Virus record (IMG/VR): IMGVR_UViG_3300023174_000046 | Span: 124,001 to 188,000 of that record | Strand: one strand, 5' to 3' | Length of the DNA: 64,000 nucleotides | In this document: positions 21,400-31,308 of the stretch, in pieces | How positions within the stretch are numbered: the stretch's first letter is position 1 | How the letters are laid out: every line of letters begins with the position of its first letter | Position numbers and translations under genes: made by a program | The notes under the pieces: generated by a model | What the model was told of the DNA's origin: nothing | The model's input: only the letters and a program-made list of their open reading frames with translations | Databases searched by the model: none

Positions 21400-22058
21400 C
21401 CACGTCACCTTCAGCGCAACTAGCGATGTCTACTATTAGACAGTTCTTACAAAATGCAGGCAACGGGTCTGTTCCTTCTACTACAAACCTATCTTTATCT
21501 AATTTAGAATTCAGATACATGGGCAACAATACCACTGGAACAGGTGCTATTGTAACAACTGCAAAAGTTTGCATGTGGCGTCAACAAGAAACTTTTAACC
21601 TTGGCCCGATTCCACCAGGCCCAGGGCTTAATCCTGATCCAACGGCATATACACCCGGCAGTACAAATAAACCATGGGATTACTATGGTGGTACAGGTGT
21701 GCCGTGGAGACCTTCAAGGTTCTCAGAGTTTCAACAAGCATATTACAATCCACCTTCAGGTGTTGGTTATGGTGTTGCAACTGGAGCTACAAATTCTACA
21801 GGTATTATACGATTTGATTTTGCTGGTGGTTCGCGAGCTGCTCTAGGAACTGGTTCGTATTACTTGTATATATACAATGGAGGCGGACTCGGTGTTACTG
21901 TACCTGGTTGGTATTCAACAGCCGGTACAAGAATTGATTTTGGTACTGGCACAAGTGCTTTTGCACAAGCATATGTAGTTGACGATAAGTTCTGCGGCGG
22001 ACAGATGGTACTTGCATCTTCCGAAATTACAACTACTGGCTCTGCATCATACCCATAA
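21387..22058 (+). CDS. Gly/Thr-rich tail-fibre-associated protein
   Basis: Overlaps the S74 fibre end; LAMSTIRQ..LSLS..RFSEF motif typical of small fibre-tip proteins. Confidence 0.5.
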   Translation: MPAITTSPSAQLAMSTIRQFLQNAGNGSVPSTTNLSLSNLEFRYMGNNTTGTGAIVTTAKVCMWRQQETFNLGPIPPGPGLNPDPTAYTPGSTNKPWDYYGGTGVPWRPSRFSEFQQAYYNPPSGVGYGVATGATNSTGIIRFDFAGGSRAALGTGSYYLYIYNGGGLGVTVPGWYSTAGTRIDFGTGTSAFAQAYVVDDKFCGGQMVLASSEITTTGSASYP

Positions 22059-22094
22059 TATTGATTTTTTTGTTTGCATTTGTAAATTATAATA

Positions 22095-23399
22095 ATGATT
22101 ACTGAATTAGATAAGCATTTAAATGCTTCACTGTTGCTAATTAAAGACGAATCATCATGCTCGCCCTTTATTCTCGCTACCCGCAATAAAACAATTGCCG
22201 AATTTTTAAATACCCCGTACAATGAAAAGAAATTAAATTCATTTGATGAGCATCAAAAAACAAATTATAGTCAGTTTTATAATGTTATAACAAATAAAAT
22301 CGAAAATGTAGATCCAAATTCAATCACATTTCGTCATCATATTGGCATACCCATGTCATTTTCACCATCCTTTTTAGTTTCAGAGTTTTTAGATACAGAT
22401 GACAGAAATACCGCTTTTACAGTATATTTTGAAAATATGAAACCGCTTTTTCAAAAAATTAAAGAATTTAAAGAGTTAGGTATTGATGATTTCGGGCAAG
22501 TACCATCTTTAAATAACACTGTTTTCAATTTAAACAAAAAACTCCACGATCTTAATATCATTATTCCAGAAAATAACATTTACGGGTTCATGTCGTTTAT
22601 TGCTGCAAGCAATACATTAACACAAACGTTCATACGTAACTACGAAACACTTGACTACTTGCCTAGTGTAGAGTATGTATTTAAAGATCAAAATTTTTCT
22701 CTTGAGGTGACTACTTTTTCTGAATTCTGTGATAAAATTAATGACTCTGCTTTTATTGAAAAAATTAAAGACGTGTATATTTCATTTATTAACAAATATC
22801 GTAGCGAATACATTCTTAAAATTGAAAACGACTTGAACAATATACAACAAATTGTTGATAATACTGATCTGAATAACACAATTAATATTACTGATCTTAA
22901 GTCACAGCTTTTATTACAATTGCAACAGCTTAAAGAGCTCAATATAGAGGAAGATCTAAAAGATATTGACTCACCTTACATTGTTTACAAATATTGGCCT
23001 TTCAATACATTGCCACCTGAAGAACTTGGATTGAGTCTCCCTGCATTTGATAAAAAAGATATCACTCTTGTTAGAACACTACTCAAATTTACAGATATTG
23101 ATCATATAACTAACATTCTTATCAACCCTTCTTTCTACCTCGATGAACTCAAAACAATAAGAGAAAAGCAAATCTTAACATATAGAGACAATTTTACAGA
23201 AGAAATTAAAAAAGATATTGACAACACAACAGATGAGGATGAAGCAACAGATTTAAGAGATATCATTGCGCTGCTCAAGGACGATAACAAGCTTTACAAG
23301 GAAGAACTCGAGAAAAAGAATAATATTTACGAACTTTTAGAATACTGGCCGACTATGCTTTATCCTGCACCAGATTTTGTTTACAATTATGACAAATAA
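22095..23399 (+). CDS. Hypothetical helical protein with two YWP-ending repeats (tail-fibre chaperone-like)
   Basis: YR..helical..YKYWPFNTLPP and YR..helical..LEYWPTMLYPAP. Confidence 0.45.
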   Translation: MITELDKHLNASLLLIKDESSCSPFILATRNKTIAEFLNTPYNEKKLNSFDEHQKTNYSQFYNVITNKIENVDPNSITFRHHIGIPMSFSPSFLVSEFLDTDDRNTAFTVYFENMKPLFQKIKEFKELGIDDFGQVPSLNNTVFNLNKKLHDLNIIIPENNIYGFMSFIAASNTLTQTFIRNYETLDYLPSVEYVFKDQNFSLEVTTFSEFCDKINDSAFIEKIKDVYISFINKYRSEYILKIENDLNNIQQIVDNTDLNNTINITDLKSQLLLQLQQLKELNIEEDLKDIDSPYIVYKYWPFNTLPPEELGLSLPAFDKKDITLVRTLLKFTDIDHITNILINPSFYLDELKTIREKQILTYRDNFTEEIKKDIDNTTDEDEATDLRDIIALLKDDNKLYKEELEKKNNIYELLEYWPTMLYPAPDFVYNYDK

Positions 23400-23401
23400 G
23401 C

Positions 23402-24160
23402 ATGTATACAGACATTCAATTAGTATCTACGCTTAATAAAAAATATCTACCTGGCGCGCGAGCCTTTTTACGAAGTCTAGTCAAGCATAATAAAATTAAT
23501 TATCTTTATAATTTTTTTATTTTTGAAGAAATTAGCAGTTCAGACAAAGAGTCTCTCCAATGCATTTATCCTTCCGTAAATTTTATTGAAATAGATACAG
23601 AAGACTACTCTTACTATAATACTAATGATGTTTTTCGAAATTGGGGGTTCAATTGTTTTAATAGATTTGAGATTTTTACTTTAAAGTGTAAAAAATTGAT
23701 TTTTTTTGATTTAGATATGATTGTATTAGATTCATTAGAAGATATATTTACTAGTGATGTACGCTTTGGTTCTGTCGAAATAGAACCTTTCGGTAGACTA
23801 GATCACCCAACAAAAAGAATGTTTGATGGTGGTTTAATGGTAATCTCAGAAGAGTTTTTAACTCATAAGACAAAAAATAAGTTAATTGAAATATCTAAAC
23901 TGAAAAAATGGTCTAGTGATGAGCCAGTTTTAAATTTATTTTTTGAAAATGATGTTACTTTTTTACCTAAAAAATACAATATATTAAGCTACGAATATAA
24001 CAAACACAAGAATAATTGTAGCGTTTTGCAATATGTCGGTACTAAAAAACCATGGGCAGGTAAAACTATCGAAAGCAATTTTGATAATTATGTAATTAAA
24101 AGAAATAAAATTACAGATCTTATGAAGATACAACACATTTTTAATCAATATGCAAATTAA
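23402..24160 (+). CDS. GT8 glycosyltransferase
   Basis: YLPGA..SL, IFFDLDMIV, FDGGLMV, DEPVLN, YN, YVGTKKPW. Confidence 0.85.
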   Translation: MYTDIQLVSTLNKKYLPGARAFLRSLVKHNKINYLYNFFIFEEISSSDKESLQCIYPSVNFIEIDTEDYSYYNTNDVFRNWGFNCFNRFEIFTLKCKKLIFFDLDMIVLDSLEDIFTSDVRFGSVEIEPFGRLDHPTKRMFDGGLMVISEEFLTHKTKNKLIEISKLKKWSSDEPVLNLFFENDVTFLPKKYNILSYEYNKHKNNCSVLQYVGTKKPWAGKTIESNFDNYVIKRNKITDLMKIQHIFNQYAN

Positions 24161-24893
24161 TTCATTCTATTTTGGTAAAAAATTAAATCTTATGGAACAA
24201 CTCACTATAGTGAGCTTTCTTAATCAGGGGCATAGCTTTAAGCTATATACATATGATAATAATATTTGTGATATCAAACATAATAGTTTTAATATCATTG
24301 ATGCAAATGAAATTTTAGATAAAAAGTACTTCTTTACATATGACGGCAAGGGTGATTGTCCCGCTAATAGCGTTGGTGGTTTTTCAGATATTTTTAGATT
24401 TTCTATTTTAGAAAAAAATCAAGGCTGGTATGTAGATATGGATGTGACTTGTTTGAAAGACTTCAATCATTTAGATCAATTACCATGTGTATTTCGGCCA
24501 AATAAAAATTATGGAGCTGTCGCAAACATTATTAAATGCGAGAACAAGCAGTTAATTAGTGAAATACTAGCCCAGTATAAAGAATGTATAACTCCAATGA
24601 ATAACGAATGGGTTAAACCTCTTAATATTTTTTATGAACTAATTAAAAACCATAATCTAGAAAATTATATAATTGATAAAAAAATATTTGGTGATGATAA
24701 TGCATCGGACCTACTCAACTTTATTAATAAAAATATTTACGAACTTAATAATGTACCTGAATACGCTATACACTGGTGCAATACTGCATGCACAACTGCA
24801 TCTTGGAATAAGCGGCTAAAAATAGACTGGAATAATCCAAGACCTGCGTCCCTGTACTATTGTTTACTTAAAAAGAACGGCTTAATTAATTAG
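24150..24893 (+). CDS. GT32-like DxD glycosyltransferase
   Basis: SFL..GH..LYTY, DANEIL, FSDIFRF..L, GWYVDMDV, HW. Confidence 0.8.
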   Translation: MQINSFYFGKKLNLMEQLTIVSFLNQGHSFKLYTYDNNICDIKHNSFNIIDANEILDKKYFFTYDGKGDCPANSVGGFSDIFRFSILEKNQGWYVDMDVTCLKDFNHLDQLPCVFRPNKNYGAVANIIKCENKQLISEILAQYKECITPMNNEWVKPLNIFYELIKNHNLENYIIDKKIFGDDNASDLLNFINKNIYELNNVPEYAIHWCNTACTTASWNKRLKIDWNNPRPASLYYCLLKKNGLIN

Positions 24894-24895
24894 TT

Positions 24896-25639
24896 ATGAT
24901 ATCGATAGCTTGTGTTTCTGATTCTGGTTATTTACGCTACGCAAAAGCTATGTTTAAATCTTTTAATTACAAACATCAAAAATTACAGAAACATATGCTA
25001 TATGTAGGTAATAAACAAGAGTATGTAAACGAAGCAATTAATATGCATTACGATGGTACACAGCTTTCTGATGTGAAAGATATAATTAAAGATACGAATA
25101 CCGAAGATAATGAGTACAAGCAGTACTTTACAAATAGTACTTTTTTATCAGAAAAAAACTGCTACTGTAATAATCAGAGATTCAAATTCATAAGCAATTT
25201 ATTAGAAGCAAATACAAGAAATTTAATTTTTACAGATGCAGATATGCTATGCAACCGCAATGTAGATTTTTTAAAAGCCATTTCATACAAAAGAGATATT
25301 TGCTTACAACCATATTTTGAAGATAAAAAATATTACAGGACAAATTTTTGCTATATTAATAATACACCTGCGACGAGAGACTTTTTTAAGATGGTTTCTG
25401 TAGGTATAGAGAAAGATTTTGGTCTATTAAAATGGGGTCATACAAAATATTTTACTGAATTAATAAAGCAATCAAATTTAAAGGTATTAGACCTGCCAGA
25501 AAATTTTATTGATACTAATTATAGTGCTGATAGTTATATCTGGTCAGGAGAAAGTTTTAGAAAAGATAAAAATATGGTAAACCTATCAACTAAAAATTTT
25601 AATTATATTAACAAATATGAAAGTTATTATGAATCATGA
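24896..25639 (+). CDS. GT-A nucleotide-diphospho-sugar transferase
   Basis: RF..., FTDADM DxD motif; position within the GT cluster. Confidence 0.6.
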   Translation: MISIACVSDSGYLRYAKAMFKSFNYKHQKLQKHMLYVGNKQEYVNEAINMHYDGTQLSDVKDIIKDTNTEDNEYKQYFTNSTFLSEKNCYCNNQRFKFISNLLEANTRNLIFTDADMLCNRNVDFLKAISYKRDICLQPYFEDKKYYRTNFCYINNTPATRDFFKMVSVGIEKDFGLLKWGHTKYFTELIKQSNLKVLDLPENFIDTNYSADSYIWSGESFRKDKNMVNLSTKNFNYINKYESYYES

Positions 25640-26453
25640 ATTAATAATGGAGGTGAGCTTATATGTAGGGTGTAGTGTTAATTGCAGTTATTGTCCACAG
25701 TTTAGCTTGTTTAAACTATCAAAAAAGCGTAAAATGGGTATTGATGATTATAAAATTCTTTTAGATAAAATTCCTTGCACAACACATATAGGGTTTATTG
25801 GTATGAGTGAACCACTACTCTACAAAGAGTTTGATAAAATTATACAGTATACGCTCCACAAAAAACATAAAATGATATGCTTTACAACCTTACCCGAGAA
25901 GATACAAGCCAATGCTGATATATTTCTCAATAAAAATCTTTGGTATAGAAGATCGGTGCATATTAAAGATGAGAACATGTTGGATAAGACTATTACACAT
26001 CAGTATCTTAATAATTTAGAAAAATACTTTGATCAAATTGATATTAACGATATGAGCAAACAAAACTCCATCACAATATTATCAGATAATATAGATTCAC
26101 AAATTGAAAATTTAATATCAAAATACAACTTACAAGAATACGTCTTTAGAACACAACCTTTTAAACGCATAAGAGCTCCTATCACCTATAAAACACCTGT
26201 AATACCGTCAAAATTATCAGGCAAAATTTATTGTTCTCAGGGTCACGATAAAATACAACACTTATTGCCCGACGGTGATGTTGTGCTGTGTTGTATGGAT
26301 GTTGAAAAGATGCATGTTCTTGGCAACCTCTTTAAAAACTCCTACCAAGACCTATATAATTCAAAGGAATATAAGGAAATACAGCAAGGCTATGAAGATG
26401 ATAGAGTTAAAACTATATGCAGATCATGTATTTTTGCAAAAAACGTAATATGA
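25617..26453 (+). CDS. Radical SAM enzyme with a SPASM/twitch domain
   Basis: CSVNCSYC (CxxxCxxC), GMSEP, C...PDGDVVLCCMD...LGN...CRSC. Confidence 0.9.
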   Translation: MKVIMNHELIMEVSLYVGCSVNCSYCPQFSLFKLSKKRKMGIDDYKILLDKIPCTTHIGFIGMSEPLLYKEFDKIIQYTLHKKHKMICFTTLPEKIQANADIFLNKNLWYRRSVHIKDENMLDKTITHQYLNNLEKYFDQIDINDMSKQNSITILSDNIDSQIENLISKYNLQEYVFRTQPFKRIRAPITYKTPVIPSKLSGKIYCSQGHDKIQHLLPDGDVVLCCMDVEKMHVLGNLFKNSYQDLYNSKEYKEIQQGYEDDRVKTICRSCIFAKNVI

Positions 26454-27241
26454 AGATTTGTTTTTCATACAGTGTTGATGAGAACTACTATTCATACGTT
26501 AAAAATAGTATTAATTCGCTTACCAAAAATGCTCCAAACGTATATGCAAATATTGATCTTGTTGATTTCTACCAAACATATATTAATTTTGTCGACAGCA
26601 ATAAGATAAAATTCAATTACATTTTTCCTAAAGTACCGGCTAACAAAATTACTATTAAAAATAAAGGTTGTGAAGCATTAACAGAGAGAATAGTCAGTCT
26701 CACAGGTGCATATGCAAATCTACGCAAAGTTTACAACATTTATAGCCTACTATTAACTAATGAGTATGATTACGTGGTTAATATGGATGCAGATAATTTA
26801 ATTCTCAAGAATGTAGAGGACTATATCTCCAGATTACCACAAGGTTTCGATATTCACATCAAATATAATGAAGGTAAACTAGAAGGTGATGAGCTAGTAA
26901 GAAGAAAGGATAATTTTAAACATTTTAACGCAGTAGGGGTTGAATTAATCGACAAGCATTTCCGGGAAGGATGCATGGTAGTTAGCAATACTGAGAACTC
27001 ACGTAAATTTTTTAAGCTAGTGGCAGAGAATATCTTATCAAAAATTGTATGGTACGGTGATTCATACTGGATAACATATGCTTATTCTTTAATGAAAGAC
27101 GAAATTAAAATAAATCGTCTCCCTGAGGATTTTGTAATTTATGATCTCAATGAAACCAACATTGATACTGCATATGTTTGTAGTGGTTATGGCATGAATA
27201 AACATAGTAATTTATATAAACAGTTAATAGTTGATGAATAA
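26450..27241 (+). CDS. GT-A glycosyltransferase (start probably MKICF at 26450)
   Basis: SVDENY, NMDADNLI DxD motif, WYGD; ATGA overlap with the upstream stop. Confidence 0.55.
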   Translation: MKICFSYSVDENYYSYVKNSINSLTKNAPNVYANIDLVDFYQTYINFVDSNKIKFNYIFPKVPANKITIKNKGCEALTERIVSLTGAYANLRKVYNIYSLLLTNEYDYVVNMDADNLILKNVEDYISRLPQGFDIHIKYNEGKLEGDELVRRKDNFKHFNAVGVELIDKHFREGCMVVSNTENSRKFFKLVAENILSKIVWYGDSYWITYAYSLMKDEIKINRLPEDFVIYDLNETNIDTAYVCSGYGMNKHSNLYKQLIVDE

Positions 27242-27992
27242 ATTTTTAAATTTATACAATAGCTATATTAAGCTATCTAACACACATCAGTTTGAAAAAA
27301 ATAATACTAAGTTTATAGGTATGTTCGGTAAAACATATGAAAACGGCAAAATAATCACAACAAAATTATACTTTAATATAGAAAAGTCTATTAACTGTGA
27401 CTCCTTTCCGTATCAAAATAAAATTAACCTATATAAAAAATACGAACCCTTTGTAGATTATACACGCACTTTCAGCAACTGTATTGCAGTTAAAAAAGAT
27501 TTAACAAAAAATAATTTTACCGAATACTTTCATCTTAAATTTAACAACCAGTTCAAGTTTGAAGAGCTTGATACTTTTCATGGTATTAATTTAAATGATT
27601 ACAAAAAAGGTATATCTGTAGAATTCAATAAAACAAAAGAAGACATAAAACGATATTATTATATAAGTGACATTTTCGATATACAGACAATTTTCAATCA
27701 ATTTAATATTAAAGAGAATGCATCTGCATTAAAATATATCGAGTTTACATACAATCCAACTAAGAGCATTTTTATATATAACGATACAGAAAAGCTTTTA
27801 ACGGGCATAACACATAACTGCCCTGGTGATATTGTACTTGATGTGCATGCCATGACTGACAGCTACGGGCTTAAGCCATGTTTATTCGGAAAATACTATG
27901 GTACACCAAAATATACAGTATATTGGGATCTAAATTTTAACAATTTTAATTTGGGTAGCGACTTATTTAAATATATTACTGAGCAAAGTTGA
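27231..27992 (+). CDS. Hypothetical protein, possibly an ABBA/PatF-like prenyltransferase fold
   Basis: Recurring K-x-Y strands (TKLYF, KRYYY, YTVYW) and GISVEF; weak resemblance only. Confidence 0.25.
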   Translation: MMNKFLNLYNSYIKLSNTHQFEKNNTKFIGMFGKTYENGKIITTKLYFNIEKSINCDSFPYQNKINLYKKYEPFVDYTRTFSNCIAVKKDLTKNNFTEYFHLKFNNQFKFEELDTFHGINLNDYKKGISVEFNKTKEDIKRYYYISDIFDIQTIFNQFNIKENASALKYIEFTYNPTKSIFIYNDTEKLLTGITHNCPGDIVLDVHAMTDSYGLKPCLFGKYYGTPKYTVYWDLNFNNFNLGSDLFKYITEQS

Positions 27993-28016
27993 TATTATAA
28001 GTAGTTATTGTAGTAT
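27989..28016 (+). promoter_or_regulatory. sigma70-like promoter opening the amidinotransferase operon
   Basis: TTGATA-N16-TAGTAT, 6 nt before the ATG. Confidence 0.6.
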
Positions 28017-28022
28017 AAACTT

Positions 28023-29120
28023 ATGGAGTGTCCTGTCAATAGTCATAATGAATGGGATGTTTTGGAGGAAGTTATTGTGGGTAATGGATTTCCAGAAAAA
28101 ATACCTATTGATGATATGTCTTTCCGTTTATTTTTTCACGATAATATATACGGCAAACCTACAACTTACTTTTCCGAACGCTGGGGCATGTGTTCTAAGA
28201 TAATAGATGAGCATAATGAAGATTTAGAAAATTTTGTTAGTCTACTGCAACAGAATAACGTAACAGTAAGGAGACCGAAGAAACCTACCAGTATAAAGAA
28301 GATAAAAACCTTGGGCTGGAATAGTATAAATTACCCCGCACTCAATGTAAGAGACCTAACCATGATAGTTGGTAGTACGATTATTGAAACACCTGTTTCT
28401 GCGCGCTGGAGACAGTTTGAAAATGATTATATGAAACATTTATTTTTAGAATACTTTAATAAAGGTGCAAGATGGTTGAATGCACCGCGTCCTATCGCTA
28501 CAGACAACTCATACGATTTGAATGAAGTGTATAAAACAGAAGGTGCAGAAGCATTTTATTTTGATATTAAAGATAAGTTTAGTCACGAATTAGATTGTGG
28601 ATATGAAATAATGTTTGACGCAGCAAACTGTCAACGTCTAGGTGATAAAATTCTTTTTAATGCACCTACTAAAAATGAGATGCTTGGAGTAAAGTGGTTA
28701 CAAGACATGTTAGGGGAAGCATATACAATCTGGCCATGCAATGTAACAGATCATCATATAGACTCAGTATTTTTACCTTTACGCCCTGGATTGGCATTAA
28801 TTACACTTGATATTGTTGATAAGTTGCCGTGTGAATTACAAAAATGGGATTTTATACGCATACCTGCAGAGCTTGATTCCGATAAAAACATAAACTACAC
28901 ACCGCTAGCATCTGAAAAAATTTATTGTAACGTACTTTCTTTAAATCCAAATAAAATTATTTGTTTGCCTGAGTATTACTCTTTACTATCATCAAAGCTC
29001 AAGCCTTACAACATTGAAGTTATACCTTCACAAATACGTTATAGTCGGTTATTTGGTGGTGGTCATCACTGTCTCTCGTTAGATATACGAAGACAAAGTA
29101 AGTTAGAAAGCTATTTTTAA
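28023..29120 (+). CDS. L-arginine-dependent amidinotransferase (glycine/inosamine-phosphate amidinotransferase family)
   Basis: PVNSHNEWDVLEEVIVG, RD, FDAAN, HIDS..PLRPG, GGGHHC.SLD.RR with the catalytic Asp/His/Cys. Confidence 0.92.
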   Translation: MECPVNSHNEWDVLEEVIVGNGFPEKIPIDDMSFRLFFHDNIYGKPTTYFSERWGMCSKIIDEHNEDLENFVSLLQQNNVTVRRPKKPTSIKKIKTLGWNSINYPALNVRDLTMIVGSTIIETPVSARWRQFENDYMKHLFLEYFNKGARWLNAPRPIATDNSYDLNEVYKTEGAEAFYFDIKDKFSHELDCGYEIMFDAANCQRLGDKILFNAPTKNEMLGVKWLQDMLGEAYTIWPCNVTDHHIDSVFLPLRPGLALITLDIVDKLPCELQKWDFIRIPAELDSDKNINYTPLASEKIYCNVLSLNPNKIICLPEYYSLLSSKLKPYNIEVIPSQIRYSRLFGGGHHCLSLDIRRQSKLESYF

Positions 29121-29884
29121 TGAAATTATTAGTTTTAATATTTTCTTGCAAGAAAAATATAGACCGTTGCCTGGCAATACAACAGTCATGGCTGCAAGAT
29201 CTCAAGCAAAACCATATTGAGTATTTTTTTGTTTCTGCAGATGATCTAGAATTACAAGAACCGTCAATTAAACTAGAAAATTTTACTGAATGTTACGAAC
29301 AATTACCGCTTAAAACATTTCTTACTCTCAAACAAATTTACAATTATAAGTTTACACATCTTGTTAAAACAGATGATGATGTTTTCTTGAATATTAAAAA
29401 GTTAATTGCAACACTTCCGAAAAATGTTGATTATTCAGGCAAATTTAACCTCAAAGGTGTTGATGCGTCCATGATACACTATTATAAATGTAGTGGAGAA
29501 TTTAGAACACCAAAAAAGAAAGCAAGCCACGACTACGCAGAAGGGGGCATGTACATACTCAGTAAGAAAGCTGTTAAATATATTGTAAGTTGTGATCAGG
29601 AAACTTTCATTAATTCACCTAAAACTTATAAAGGTGAAGATGTTGCAGTTGGTGAACTACTTAATAATGAAAAATTTACTAAATTAGATCTTACAGATAG
29701 CTTATCTGACAAACTTAATATGGATATCACAAGAAATGGTGTCTCGTATCACCCGGTGCATAAATCGTTGATGCACAAATTATATAAAGCTAAGACAACG
29801 AACGACAGAATAGATATATTAGTTGCAAATACAGCAAAGAATGACTATAATAAACGGGATATATTTATTAGAAAATATGAGTAA
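29120..29884 (+). CDS. GT31 galactosyltransferase/Fringe-like glycosyltransferase
   Basis: YEQLPLKT, KTDDDVF, YAEGGMYILS, EDVAVG. Confidence 0.85.
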   Translation: MKLLVLIFSCKKNIDRCLAIQQSWLQDLKQNHIEYFFVSADDLELQEPSIKLENFTECYEQLPLKTFLTLKQIYNYKFTHLVKTDDDVFLNIKKLIATLPKNVDYSGKFNLKGVDASMIHYYKCSGEFRTPKKKASHDYAEGGMYILSKKAVKYIVSCDQETFINSPKTYKGEDVAVGELLNNEKFTKLDLTDSLSDKLNMDITRNGVSYHPVHKSLMHKLYKAKTTNDRIDILVANTAKNDYNKRDIFIRKYE

Positions 29885-30527
29885 TAATGTTTTAGTGCTA
29901 GCACCTCACGGTGATGACGAAGTTTTAGGCTGTGGTGGCAGCATTGCCAAGCATATTGAATTGGGTGATCAAGTTACAGTTGCTTTTATTAAAGCTGCGT
30001 ACGATGAGAGATCCACAGTACAGCTTCAAAACACGATAAGTGCGCAAAAAGTATTAGATTATGAGAGAATGATTATTATGAATTTAGATGAGAATACTAT
30101 TCATAACAAACTTGAGTTTATAAAAGAGCTTGAAGTAATCGTGAATACGGTAAAACCTGATACAATTTATTCAACTTTTTATGGCGATTTGCATCAAGAT
30201 CATCGCGCATTATTTGAAGCGCTCAATACAGCAGCGCGTGTATGGGCAGACCATCTTGTTAAAAAAATTCTACTTTGTGAGACAATATCTTCAACTGATC
30301 AAGGTATTATTCGTAATATTCATCCGTTTGTACCCAATTATTATGTAACATTAAGTGAACACCATATAGACAAAAAGATGAATGCATTATCATGCTATGA
30401 AAGGGAAATTAAAAAAGAATGTCACCCAAGATCAATAGAGCATGTTTTGAATGTAGCAAAATCTCGAGGTCGTGAGATAAGAAACTCTTATGCAGAAGCA
30501 TTTATGCTTATGAGATTTATAGATTAA
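29877..30527 (+). CDS. PIG-L/LmbE-family N-acetylglucosaminyl deacetylase (start probably MSNNV)
   Basis: APHGDDEVLGCGG, DLHQDH, AEAF. Confidence 0.9.
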   Translation: MSNNVLVLAPHGDDEVLGCGGSIAKHIELGDQVTVAFIKAAYDERSTVQLQNTISAQKVLDYERMIIMNLDENTIHNKLEFIKELEVIVNTVKPDTIYSTFYGDLHQDHRALFEALNTAARVWADHLVKKILLCETISSTDQGIIRNIHPFVPNYYVTLSEHHIDKKMNALSCYEREIKKECHPRSIEHVLNVAKSRGREIRNSYAEAFMLMRFID

Positions 30528-30528
30528 C

Positions 30529-31308
30529 ATGAATACTTGCAGACATAATAATAAAAATTATAATCTCAACGTAGCTAGTTATACAGAAGAAGAAAATTTT
30601 TTAAAAGAATTTATAGCTAAAGGTTACGTTTTCTTAGAGAATGTTGTTAACCTCAATTACAACTATAAAGAGAGATCTGAATATTCTAGAATAAAGCAAA
30701 TGGATGTTATTGATAATTTCTTTCCTGATAACCCCGAATATTTTCAAATTTATAATAGTTTTAAAAAATCAAAAATATTTGATATACTTTCCAATAATTT
30801 AACAAGCTTAAGACTGTATAATTTTATGTGTTTTCGTCTATACAAAGGGAACGAATGCTCATCATTGCACCGTGATGATGATTTTGCTATAACGTATACC
30901 CTCAAAACACCATTTGTAATTTGCTGGATGCCTTTGACAGACGTCTCTCTTGCGGCTGGTCCTCTTGCAATTGCAGAAAGAACCAAGACTGTGTATACAC
31001 AGCATGATATCAAAGAGGGTGAAAAATATATTCAAAAATATTTAAAAAGTAACAACGTTATGGAGAATATTGATGGTATACGCAATGCCATGCTAGAGGA
31101 AGAAGATTATAAAATTTCTGTACATAGAGATTTCGATACATTAATCTCACGTGATCTCAAAAAAGGTGATGTTGTTGTAATGAATCACGATATTGTTCAT
31201 GGATCATTAGATAATAATAATTTGATTCGGTCTTCTATTGATTTGAGATTGTTTTATAACTGTGACACAAATAATAATCTGCTCAAAAGAGTATCTCTAG
31301 ATACATGA
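30529..31308 (+). CDS. PhyH-family 2OG-Fe(II) dioxygenase
   Basis: LHRD, WMPLTDV..GPL, GDVVV..HGS..N..RSSIDLR. Confidence 0.85.
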   Translation: MNTCRHNNKNYNLNVASYTEEENFLKEFIAKGYVFLENVVNLNYNYKERSEYSRIKQMDVIDNFFPDNPEYFQIYNSFKKSKIFDILSNNLTSLRLYNFMCFRLYKGNECSSLHRDDDFAITYTLKTPFVICWMPLTDVSLAAGPLAIAERTKTVYTQHDIKEGEKYIQKYLKSNNVMENIDGIRNAMLEEEDYKISVHRDFDTLISRDLKKGDVVVMNHDIVHGSLDNNNLIRSSIDLRLFYNCDTNNNLLKRVSLDT

